A DNA stretch of 64,000 nt from Calditrichaceae bacterium. Its GTDB lineage: Bacteria; Calditrichota; Calditrichia; Calditrichales; JBFXGD01. Position numbers and translations under genes: made by a program. Below, piece by piece: positions 20,484 through 30,188 of this stretch. Where the stretch lies: assembly GCA_050173015.1 (NCBI GenBank), contig JBFXLE010000001.1, positions 32,001-96,000 on the forward strand, written 5' to 3'. The notes under the pieces were generated by a model, which made no database searches, was not told the DNA's origin, and saw only the letters and a program-made list of their open reading frames with translations. Position 1 is the stretch's first letter. Every line of letters begins with the position of its first letter.

Positions 20484-21653
20484 ATGAAAACTCCATTTAT
20501 ATACACCATAAAAAATTTCAAGGCCCGGAAATTAACCACCGCCATTACGGTCGCCGGTATCGCGCTGGTTGTGTTTGTCTTCGCGGCGGTTTTGATGATG
20601 GCTTACGGGGTACAAAAAACGCTGGTCGCCACCGGCAATCCGGATAATGTAACGATCATACGCAAGGCGTCAAATGGTGAAATATCGAGCATCATTGACG
20701 GTGAGACACAAAATGTGATCAGCACTCTGCCGCATATCGCCAGATCGGCAGACGGCAGACCGGTTATCTCAAAGGAACCGGTGGTGGTGATCAATTTAGA
20801 AAAAGCCATCGGCGGATTGAGTAATGTAACCGTTCGGGGTGTTTCGCCGTTATCACCCGTTTTAAATCCGCAGATTCAAATCAAAAAAGGCCGGATGTTT
20901 AATCCGTCGCTTAGAGAATTGATTGTCGGCGAAGCGATATCAAAACGATTTTTGAACGCGCAAATCGGCAAAAAGATTAAATTTGCCGGGAATGAATGGG
21001 AAATTGTCGGTGAGTTTACGACCAACGGCAGTGGATTTGATTCAGAAGTCTGGGGCGATGCCTTACAAATGCAGGATGCGTTCAACCGCGGAAGTTCCGT
21101 CTCATCCGTTACGCTGAAACTCGACAATCCCGCCAACTTTGATCTGTTCAAAAAGGCCTTTGAAGATGAACGGCGTTTACAGGAATTTGAAGCAAAAAAT
21201 CAACAGACCTATTACGAGGAACAATCCGAATTTTTAGCGGGATTTATCAAAGTGATGGGTATTTTCATAACCGTCATATTCAGCATCGGCGCCACGGTGG
21301 GCGCGATGATTACCATGTACGCCGCCGTCGCCAACCGTACGGTTGAAGTGGGCACTCTGAGAGCGCTGGGTTTTCAGCGGCGGAGTATTCTTACGGTGTT
21401 TCTGCTTGAATCGCTGATCATAGCGGTCCTGGGAGGGACTCTCGGCATTCTGCTGGCATCGACACTTCAGTTCTTTTCCATATCCACACTCAATTTTGAT
21501 TCCTTTTCTGAACTGGAATTCCGGTTTGCTCTATCGGCGTCCATTATAAATTCTTCTATGATATTCGCGCTGGTGATGGGATTCTTTGGGGGTTTTCTTC
21601 CGTCTGTCAGGGCGGCGCGGCTGAAAATCGTCGACGCGTTGCGGGCGGTTTAG
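20484..21653 (+). CDS. ABC transporter permease (MacB/FtsX-like)
   Basis: NRTVEVGTLRALGF motif with 4-TM topology. Confidence 0.92.
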   Translation: MKTPFIYTIKNFKARKLTTAITVAGIALVVFVFAAVLMMAYGVQKTLVATGNPDNVTIIRKASNGEISSIIDGETQNVISTLPHIARSADGRPVISKEPVVVINLEKAIGGLSNVTVRGVSPLSPVLNPQIQIKKGRMFNPSLRELIVGEAISKRFLNAQIGKKIKFAGNEWEIVGEFTTNGSGFDSEVWGDALQMQDAFNRGSSVSSVTLKLDNPANFDLFKKAFEDERRLQEFEAKNQQTYYEEQSEFLAGFIKVMGIFITVIFSIGATVGAMITMYAAVANRTVEVGTLRALGFQRRSILTVFLLESLIIAVLGGTLGILLASTLQFFSISTLNFDSFSELEFRFALSASIINSSMIFALVMGFFGGFLPSVRAARLKIVDALRAV

Positions 21654-21654
21654 A

Positions 21655-22285
21655 GGAAGTAAGAAGGTTAAGAAAAAAGAAAAAAGATAAAAGAAAAAAG
21701 AGAAGAGACACCCAGTCAAATTTAACCGCATCGAATAGGATTACTCCAACGACAGTCATCCTGCCCACCGAAGAAAAAAGAGTTAAGATCTTAAGATTCA
21801 ACTATTGTATTGCGGATTTCTTCGGGGCGAATTTTCTGTTCGAGTGGAAGAATGAAAAAAACAGAAATAATTAACACGAGTTAAAATTCGCCAGGGCTTT
21901 TTGCTACTTTTTGGCCATTCAAAAAGTAGGGAGAAGTAGAAAAGTAAGAAGTAAGAAGTAGGAAGTAAGAAGGTTAAGAAAAAAGATAAAAGATAAAAGA
22001 AAAAAGAGAAGAGACTCTGTGCCTGGAGTAGGAAGTAAGAATATAGAGCGTTAAGAGAAAAGAGTTAAGAGTAGGGGAAAGAAAAGTAGGAAGTAGGAAG
22101 TAGGAAGTAAGAAGTAGGAATTTAAGAAAAAAGAAAAAAGAGTAAGAACTTGCTATTTCCCCCTTAGCCAAATCACTACGCACCGGGCATGTCATCCCGG
22201 AGGGATCTTCTGCTTGCTTGGGAAGGATAGAAGTAAGAAGTAGGAAGTAAGAATAAAGAGCGTTAAGAAAAAAGAGATAAGAGTG
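21655..22285. repeat. purine-rich heptamer repeat tract (AGTAAGA/AGTAGGA/AAAAAGA) with 55-bp duplication
   Basis: Repeated heptamers; 21655-21709 and 21961-22015 are identical at 54/55 positions. Confidence 0.85.
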
Positions 22286-22415
22286 GGGGCGACCCAATTT
22301 GGACAGCTTTTAGTGTATGGGAATTTTAAATTCCACTTAACAATCGAACTGAGGTTTTAGTCCCTTTACTGCACAAATTTGGAAAACTTCAGGAGATAAT
22401 TCATATACCTTTTCT

Positions 22416-22822
22416 AAATCCCGGAGGGATGGAATCTTTGTAGAACGATTGGCACCATGCGATTCCGCGACCCCATAGGGGTCGTACAATTGCCGTGGAA
22501 CCGCTATTCTACAATAATGTGACGCCTCCGGCGTCAGGCCTTCATGTCATGTCAATCCGATCATTATCATCCAATCCTTTGTTTAGATTAAACCGTCAAT
22601 CCAAATCCCGCAGGGATTACACGTTGATAGAAAAACACACCACCCCATTCTGCGACCCCGTCGGGGTCGGACCATAACCCCGGGATCTCCATTCTACAAA
22701 GCTGTGACGCCTCCGGCGTCGTGTTTTTATCATTTGACCAATATTTATCATTAATCAGGGCTTTCAATGCACCCGTCAATCCCAACCCGGAAGGATTAAA
22801 TCTTAATAGAAAAATAAACACC
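22416..22822. repeat. REP-like composite palindromic repeats (2 full + 1 partial)
   Basis: Units 22416-22535 and 22603-22720 each contain ATCCCG-AGGGAT, CGACCCC-GGGGTCG and GACGCCTCCGGCGTC hairpins; partial unit at ~22773-22822. Confidence 0.75.
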
Positions 22823-22898
22823 CGGTCAATCCGGGGACCGGTGAGATAAACCTGTCACTTTGATTCTTAGATTTTTCGTATTTTTGATATTTTACGAA

Positions 22899-24002
22899 TT
22901 ACTCAAATAATTCAGGTTGTTTTGGGATTGAGTTTTTTAAAAAATAATATTTCTTTTTTTTCACCAGTTTTGAATCAACAAATGGTAAATTTGAAAGCAG
23001 TTGCTGTAAATTTTTTGGATCTGTATCCAATTCCAATTGATCATTTATCGATTTTGCCGACAACTGACCGTTGGAGAGTATCCGTTTTATTTTTTCTTCT
23101 AAATTATTGTCTTCATGTTCAATCCGTTGACCAAACGAATCCACAGGAATAGCGCCCTGCAATATTAACAAATTATTGGCATTTTTTTCAGCAGGATCAG
23201 GTTTACGTATGAATACACGTCTGCCTTTTTTTAAACCATCCGTCGCACCATTCCATGTTCCGCCTTGGCTGTTTGATTCAGCAACATATATGGTATCAGC
23301 TAATCCATATATATACACATTTCTGCTCATCGCCAGGCCAACTGACCACGGGGCTTTGGGATGATATGTACTCACTATTAAAACATCTCCGTCTATTATC
23401 TTTTTATAGTATTTTTTAATACCGCTGCCAAACGTTAAAATACCCTGTGGGAGCACTATGATACTGTGACCTTTATAATCCAGAGTCGCGTCAAGCGCCA
23501 TTTTGTCAACACCTTTTGCAAAGCCACTCACAACTACTTTATAGGTTTCAGCGCATTTCTTTGCTATATTTTTTGTGAATTCAAGGGAAACTTCTGATGC
23601 GTTTCTTGAACCTACAATCGCAACCGAATCTTCATTCAGAAGCTTTACATTCCCTTTTACATACAATAACGGTGGGGAGTCCTTTGTTTTTAAATTATGT
23701 TTTAGAGTTTGAGAATATTCTTTTGAATTTATGGGGATTAGTTGAAAACCCTGGTCCAATAAATTTTCAGCGAGAAAAGAATAGTTTGGCAATTCTGATT
23801 TTACTTTTTGGATGTCAAATATCTGGTTATCTGATAGATTAAATTCCAATTTCATTTCATTTTCATGCAAAGAAAAAAACTCATTTAATGAAAGTTTTTT
23901 ATTATGAAGTATGTCAATTATGAGTTGATTTATATTTCCGTTTCCCCATTTGGTTAAATGGCTTAAAGCCATCCAATATGGGTATTCATTATAATGGTTC
24001 AT
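22899..24002 (-). CDS. dprA: DprA/Smf-family DNA-processing protein with C-terminal wHTH-like domain
   Basis: PPLLYVKGN, VAIVGSRN, VVSGFAKGVD and MSRNVYIYGLAD motifs. Confidence 0.9.
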   Translation of the reverse strand: MNHYNEYPYWMALSHLTKWGNGNINQLIIDILHNKKLSLNEFFSLHENEMKLEFNLSDNQIFDIQKVKSELPNYSFLAENLLDQGFQLIPINSKEYSQTLKHNLKTKDSPPLLYVKGNVKLLNEDSVAIVGSRNASEVSLEFTKNIAKKCAETYKVVVSGFAKGVDKMALDATLDYKGHSIIVLPQGILTFGSGIKKYYKKIIDGDVLIVSTYHPKAPWSVGLAMSRNVYIYGLADTIYVAESNSQGGTWNGATDGLKKGRRVFIRKPDPAEKNANNLLILQGAIPVDSFGQRIEHEDNNLEEKIKRILSNGQLSAKSINDQLELDTDPKNLQQLLSNLPFVDSKLVKKKKYYFLKNSIPKQPELFE

Positions 24003-26026
24003 GCTATATCGCCGCCTACTGTTTTTGCTATAACCAAAGGTGCAATAAGCGATGCACCCAATTTTGTCAAATATTTTCCAATTTCTCTAATTGTCGCGCC
24101 ACTGTCAAATATATCGTCAATTAATAATATATTTTTACCCGTGACACCCTGAATTGGTTCATATGAAAAAGCACCATTAACATTGTCGCGTTTTAGAACG
24201 GTATTATTAAAAATCTTCTGAGGATTGGTAGCCCGTGTTTTGTTTAAATTATGGGAAATAGGAACATTTAATACTCGTGAAATTTTTTCAGCAAAGTTTT
24301 TTACTAAATCACCCGATTCTGTTGGAGGAACATAAAATATCAGATCAAATTTTATATCCCCAAATTTATGTTGATACGCCCTAAGTGTCAATTTTAATAG
24401 ATAATCCGGGTAATCACCGCCGTTTTCATATTTACAGCGGTGAATTGTAGCGCCAACATTGGAACGACCATAATATGACGCGGCAACACCATTTATGATC
24501 ACGGATGTCTTGGATTCAACCACTAGTCCGGGAAAATATGAATTTTTAAAAGATTCAATTTTTGATAGCCAGTAACTATCCATATTAACCTGATGTATTT
24601 GATTCATGTCGTTATCGCATTTCCCGCAACGTGTTCCATTTGGATCGCCTAAATATGTGCACAAATATTCCATTCTGCAGGATTTTAAACCAACATATTC
24701 ATACATTTGATCAAGTTCGTGAAGTTTAAAATCGCGCAACTCTTCAAATGATTTAGTATTCAATTCAGGCGCGCTAAACTGGTATTCATATTTTTTATTT
24801 TTTCCATACAAAACTTCTTTGATGATCCCCTGATCCAGTAAATCCGCTTTAATGACTCTGATTGGGGTCTGTGGCAGATTGGTTGTTCTCATTAAATCCC
24901 ACTCACCAAGCGGTGCTTCCTTCAATGCATCCAGAACATTATTGTATTTCTTTAATGCGGGTCTGCTGTTTTTAATAAAATGCGTCGGTAGATCTAGATC
25001 CCCGGGGCAAAAAAGAAGAAACAATTGAGTTGGTTTTCCATCCCTGCCGGCGCGTCCAATTTCCTGATAGTAATGGACGGGGGACTGGGGAATTTGGGAA
25101 TGAATGATGAACCGAATGTCTTGCTTGTCAAAACCCATGCCCAACGCGTTTGTCGATACGACACATTTCCAGCGATTTGAATGCAATCCTTCTTCAACTA
25201 TTTGCCTGGAGATTGTATCGAGACCCGCATTATAATTTATTGCTTCTATTTGATTGAATTGTAACCATGCGGATAATGTTTCGGTCGTGACCCGAGTTCC
25301 GGTATATACTAAACCATTTCCGTCAACGCCTGACAGGTATTCGGCCAACCAAACCATTTTCTCATCTTCATTTTTTAAGATAACAACATTGAGAGAAAAA
25401 TTATCACGTAATAAGTTTCCGCGAATTAAGGAAATATTTTCGCCCATCTGGTTCATGATGTCTTTTGCAACAAGATCTGTGGCGGTGGCCGTTGTTGCTA
25501 ATACGGGGAAATTTTGTGGCATTAGTTTTACTAAATTGATTATTCTTCTAAAGGCGGGTCGAAAATCATGGCCCCAAACCGATATACAATGTGCTTCATC
25601 AATAACGACCATTGAAAGATCCATAAAACGAACTGCTTCCAGCCAATCCCGGTTTTCCTGTCTTTCCGGCGCAATATATAAGATTTTTAACCGACCATTT
25701 TTTGCTTCTTCCAATATTCTACTATTCTCATCCTGTCCTTGTTCGCTATTAACACAAGCTGCTTTAACACCAATTGATTTTAGATAATTTACCTGATCCC
25801 GCATGAGAGCTATTAATGGTGAAAAGATTACAGTCAATCCTTTGAATTGTGTGGCGGGAAACTGATAACAAAGTGATTTCCCAAAGCCTGTTTTTTCAAT
25901 CAATAATAATCGTTCACCATTAAATAATTTTGAAATTGTTTCCCATTGGTCATCATAAAACCTATCAAATTTAAAGAGACTTTTTAATCTTCTTTCCGCA
26001 TCCGTTCTTGTCATTTTTCCATCCAT
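23999..26026 (-). CDS. recQ: RecQ-family helicase fused to a C-terminal phosphoribosyltransferase (ComF-like) domain
   Basis: TGFGKSLCYQ, DEAHCISVWGHDFRP, QEIGRAGRDG and the Zn motif CRM..CGKCD; C-terminal ILLIDDIFDSGAT PRPP-binding motif. Confidence 0.9.
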   Translation of the reverse strand: MDGKMTRTDAERRLKSLFKFDRFYDDQWETISKLFNGERLLLIEKTGFGKSLCYQFPATQFKGLTVIFSPLIALMRDQVNYLKSIGVKAACVNSEQGQDENSRILEEAKNGRLKILYIAPERQENRDWLEAVRFMDLSMVVIDEAHCISVWGHDFRPAFRRIINLVKLMPQNFPVLATTATATDLVAKDIMNQMGENISLIRGNLLRDNFSLNVVILKNEDEKMVWLAEYLSGVDGNGLVYTGTRVTTETLSAWLQFNQIEAINYNAGLDTISRQIVEEGLHSNRWKCVVSTNALGMGFDKQDIRFIIHSQIPQSPVHYYQEIGRAGRDGKPTQLFLLFCPGDLDLPTHFIKNSRPALKKYNNVLDALKEAPLGEWDLMRTTNLPQTPIRVIKADLLDQGIIKEVLYGKNKKYEYQFSAPELNTKSFEELRDFKLHELDQMYEYVGLKSCRMEYLCTYLGDPNGTRCGKCDNDMNQIHQVNMDSYWLSKIESFKNSYFPGLVVESKTSVIINGVAASYYGRSNVGATIHRCKYENGGDYPDYLLKLTLRAYQHKFGDIKFDLIFYVPPTESGDLVKNFAEKISRVLNVPISHNLNKTRATNPQKIFNNTVLKRDNVNGAFSYEPIQGVTGKNILLIDDIFDSGATIREIGKYLTKLGASLIAPLVIAKTVGGDIA

Positions 26027-26550
26027 GCGTTTAATACTTTATGATTTTATTACCCGGCTGTCGTATTGATCAGACGACTCCGTTAGTAATCATGTTTTTA
26101 GTATTCTTAAAACAGATAGAAACATATAATTGATTTATACATAATAGATCGAAATTTATCTAAACCATTATCAACGGCCCGCGTTCTCTACAATTGAAGC
26201 AAAAAGACAAAAAATGGAATAAAGTTCGATACCATTTTAAGCATCTGAGATGGAAATTTCAAGGGATTGATTATATACGCTCAGACGGACAATCGAATTA
26301 ATACTTTTTCTATACAATTTCTCCTTCCCAGATAATGCTTGCCTTGTCTCTACTTTTTTATCAGTCATAATATTACAAAACTCACTATAAATTTTTGCTT
26401 CCAAATATCATTTGCTTAAATTTAAAAATGCTTTTTTTTATGATAATGTCATCTTGGGACAAGAGCCCTGTCTTTTTCCGACCTCGAATTCAAAAAAAGT
26501 TGAACTTACAAAAAAATATAAACGATCAGCGCCAATCAATACGGGTTAAA

Positions 26551-27480
26551 ATGAAAGTTCTCGTTAAAAATATTATCATCATTCTTTTTATTCTATTAGC
26601 TATTGTAGTAGTCTTTTTGGGGGTTTTGTATAGCCCTGTTTCGAACAGTCATCTATTGTTCAAAAGAGATGGCGCGGCAATTGTGTATGATAGAGATCAG
26701 TTAGCCGGATTGTACAAAGATGAAAATGTTAAGATCTCAAAACTGAATTTTTCAAGAGAAGGTGAATCTCCGCTCAAAAAGGTACTCAATATCATTGTTC
26801 CCCCAAGATTATATCTGTTTGAATTTAAAATTAACAAATACAATTTTAGCGTCAGTCTTGATGAAAAAGGACAAACCGCTAAACAGAGGATCGGCCTGGG
26901 TGACAATTTTTCAATCAATAGCGCCTTTTATGACACCGAAAACAGATCCATTGGAGAAGTTATCGTCAAAGCGAGACAACATGGCCGCAGAACAAACTCA
27001 TCAGGTTTTTTTAAAGTAATAAATGGGGTCGCATGGGTTGGCCCAAGAAGTTTATTTTATAACAAGCGGGGAAAAGTAGAGTACTCCTGCCAGGCCCATC
27101 CCTCCGTTATGAAAAATGGAGTCATTTGGCATTATATCAAAAATGAAACAAATGGCGAAAATTTTAAAGAGAGAACATTCCGGAATCTGAGCGGCATCAA
27201 CGCGGATGGCAACATCGTTTTCCTGGTGTCGGGAGAAGGCGGATTACTTTCCGTCAAGGAAATCAGTCAAATCGCTTTAAAACTAAATATAAAAACAGCC
27301 ACTTTGTTTGACGCGGGAAGCGCGCTACAGTATCAGTTTAATAACAAACATTATCGATTGGGATTTCGTGTATATAACAATGATTTTTATCTGGGCGCGA
27401 AACCGGATGAGCTGATAACAAAAATCATTGGCAGAAAATCATTTAACTCATCACCAGTTTTTATTAACTATAAATACTAA
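26551..27480 (+). CDS. phosphodiester glycosidase (NAGPA)-like exported protein
   Basis: N-terminal TM, INSAFY, RNLSGI and ATLFDAGSA (LDGGGS-like). Confidence 0.6.
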   Translation: MKVLVKNIIIILFILLAIVVVFLGVLYSPVSNSHLLFKRDGAAIVYDRDQLAGLYKDENVKISKLNFSREGESPLKKVLNIIVPPRLYLFEFKINKYNFSVSLDEKGQTAKQRIGLGDNFSINSAFYDTENRSIGEVIVKARQHGRRTNSSGFFKVINGVAWVGPRSLFYNKRGKVEYSCQAHPSVMKNGVIWHYIKNETNGENFKERTFRNLSGINADGNIVFLVSGEGGLLSVKEISQIALKLNIKTATLFDAGSALQYQFNNKHYRLGFRVYNNDFYLGAKPDELITKIIGRKSFNSSPVFINYKY

Positions 27481-27747
27481 GCAGCGATGCCGGTACCGCC
27501 AAAGTTTAAAAATGATATATTACGATCCAGGAACTATATATGACCGAGGGTACTTCAAGCCGGATTGATATTTTGCCAAAACAGGCATCGTATTTTTCCA
27601 CGCCCCGTCATTTGCGGCTTTCATCAGCTTGAAAGAAACATTCCATAATTTTCATTTTAATGCTTTGAAGAAGTCCCCTCCTTTTAATAGATTAGATCCA
27701 CTTTAGTAAAGTTTTATGCTGTTAATACGATTAAACCGGGGAACAGA

Positions 27748-30069
27748 ATGAAATACATTTTAAGAAAAATATTTCTATTGATGATTTTAATTTTACTGTC
27801 AGGCTGCGCCGGGCCGTCCGATTCAAAAAAGCGGGATGTTCTTGATGAAATGAAAATTTTCGTAACCAAAGAAGAGAACAGAAGCGTCTCATTTACTAAC
27901 AAAGAAGCCGCCTATTACTTTACGCAATCGCATCAAACCAACCATCCGGAACACGCGTATTTTGAAGGATTAAATATCGCGAAAAAAAAGATGTTCTCCG
28001 GATATGAATTATTTGTGGCCGGTGATAAACTGGATAATATGGATTCCCGGGTTTGGGTTTATCCTCACAAACTGCTCAGAAAACACGGCTCAAATGTGAC
28101 CGAAGAGATGTGGTTGTTTGATGATAAGAATATTATGGAAGTGAATATGGAGGGCGCGGATCATCCGATAGGCATACGTTTGAAAGGCGACGGCGTCAAA
28201 TATCTGGGAAATGATACAGCCACCGCCTGGTTTTCATCCTTGGAAGGGGGCAGAATCATCGCGGTGAGCCCGGTAAAATCGTCTGCCGTGGAAGTAATAA
28301 ACTCAATGATTGAAGCCGGTCCCGAAAGCGGGGGATTTTTTATCGCTGTCGGCGACAGCAGGGAAGAAGCGTCGGCGTTAATCCATGATGTTGGTGCAAA
28401 TCTGAATACATACAAAGAGCAGCGTCAAGACAGGATGCGCGGATTGCTTCAGGACAATACTTATATGCTCAGCGATAAGGATTCTTTAAATCTGGGGTTG
28501 AAATGGATTGTCATGACCATGGATCAGCTTCTCACCAAACAACAGGGGTATGGTATTTACGCGGGTCTTCCCTGGTTTAATGAGTACTGGGGCCGGGATG
28601 AATTTATCGCGCTTCCGGGAGCGACTCTGGTAACGGGGCAGTTTGAGTGGGCAAAAAAAATCCTGACCTCCTTTGCCGAATACCAGGAGACGGATACAAA
28701 TTCGGTGTTTTTTGGAAGGGTGCCAAATATTGTCAACCCTGAAAATATCGATTATCATACCACGGACGGCACTCCACGATTTATCATCCAGTTGCGGGAG
28801 TATGTCAAATATTCGGGGGACACATCCATCATAAGGGAGTTGTATCCAAATGTCCGTTACAGCATCGAAGGCGCGCTGAAAAATCGGGTGGATGAAAAAG
28901 GTTTCCTGCTTCATGAGGATAATGAAACATGGATGGATGCCCGGCGGAGTTCTGATCTCATGCCGTATTCGCCGAGAGGCAGCCGCGCCAATGATATTCA
29001 GGCGTTGTGGTACGGTCAGTTGAACGCCGGAATCTATTTTGCCAGGTTTATGAATGACCGCGTGAATGAAGATAAATGGCGGAAGATAGCGGAAAAAGTG
29101 AAATCAAATTTTGTAAAGGATTACCGCGCTGATGAGTACGCGTTTTTAGCGGACCGGCTGGACAGGAAGGATCGTCCCGATTTTAAACTTCGCCCCAATC
29201 AGCTTTTCGCGCTGGATATGATCGATGATGAAGTATTCCGCTGGGAAGTGTCAGGAATTTGCTGGGAAGAGCTGGTTTACCCCTGGGGTGTGGCTTCGCT
29301 GGACAAGCATGATCCCAATTTCCATCCCTTTCATCTGAGTTGGGAAAATTATCATAAGGATGAAGCGTATCACAACGGCACCATATGGCTATGGAATAAC
29401 GGAATCGCCATGCAGCGGATGATCGAGGCCAATCAGCAGGAAACCGCTTATCTGCTGTTCAAAAACATGAACCGGCAGGCCCTGACCATGGGTGTTGTCG
29501 GCGGGATGGCGGAAAATATGGACGCCTATCCGCACCCCGGTGAGAAATGGCCTAAACTGACCGGTACCTATCTGCAGGCATGGTCAAACTCGGAACAACT
29601 GAGAATATGGTATCAGTATTTTCTGGGCATTCGTCCGGATATGATCAATAACACGCTGACTCTGGCGCCCAGGATTCCCTCGGAACTGACCCGGCTCGAT
29701 TATAAATTTTGCGCGGGAAAGGGATTCGTGGAAGCGCAATATTCGGCGGAAAACACAAAGAAATACTCCTACCGGTTTCATCAGATTTCTGCCGCGGCGC
29801 TTGTGGATATTTTTCCGTTCGAAAAGCAATCCGTTCAGATAAATGACGGGGATATGCTGATCATCGAAGAAAAAGAGTCTAATCTGTTTATTAAACTGAT
29901 CAATGAAAAGGGTGATGAACTAAGCGTGATAAATGCGGAGAAATCAGCTGACAGGGTTCAGACTGGTAAACGGCAGCAAGAAATTTTTAAAGGGATCCGT
30001 TTTTGTGAGCCGCTTGACCTCTCCCGTCATCCGGTTTTGAATAAAAAATATAAAGAACAACGGCAGTGA
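27748..30069 (+). CDS. amylo-alpha-1,6-glucosidase / glycogen debranching family lipoprotein
   Basis: Lipobox LSGC, AGLPWFNEYWGRDEFIALPG, TWMDA, YHNGTIW and QAWS motifs. Confidence 0.88.
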   Translation: MKYILRKIFLLMILILLSGCAGPSDSKKRDVLDEMKIFVTKEENRSVSFTNKEAAYYFTQSHQTNHPEHAYFEGLNIAKKKMFSGYELFVAGDKLDNMDSRVWVYPHKLLRKHGSNVTEEMWLFDDKNIMEVNMEGADHPIGIRLKGDGVKYLGNDTATAWFSSLEGGRIIAVSPVKSSAVEVINSMIEAGPESGGFFIAVGDSREEASALIHDVGANLNTYKEQRQDRMRGLLQDNTYMLSDKDSLNLGLKWIVMTMDQLLTKQQGYGIYAGLPWFNEYWGRDEFIALPGATLVTGQFEWAKKILTSFAEYQETDTNSVFFGRVPNIVNPENIDYHTTDGTPRFIIQLREYVKYSGDTSIIRELYPNVRYSIEGALKNRVDEKGFLLHEDNETWMDARRSSDLMPYSPRGSRANDIQALWYGQLNAGIYFARFMNDRVNEDKWRKIAEKVKSNFVKDYRADEYAFLADRLDRKDRPDFKLRPNQLFALDMIDDEVFRWEVSGICWEELVYPWGVASLDKHDPNFHPFHLSWENYHKDEAYHNGTIWLWNNGIAMQRMIEANQQETAYLLFKNMNRQALTMGVVGGMAENMDAYPHPGEKWPKLTGTYLQAWSNSEQLRIWYQYFLGIRPDMINNTLTLAPRIPSELTRLDYKFCAGKGFVEAQYSAENTKKYSYRFHQISAAALVDIFPFEKQSVQINDGDMLIIEEKESNLFIKLINEKGDELSVINAEKSADRVQTGKRQQEIFKGIRFCEPLDLSRHPVLNKKYKEQRQ

Positions 30070-30188
30070 CAGATTTTGGGCGGAATTCGTCGCTTTAAGA
30101 ATTTATGTCAAAAAGCGGCATCTCTTTCTTAAAAAGGATGAGTATTAAGTTTTCGGATCGGTGGATTGGTTTTTTTAATGGAGTGGTT

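Noticed and set aside
21974-22297. 107-aa F/L/S/Y-rich ORF
   Set aside because: It is a translation of the heptamer repeat tract.
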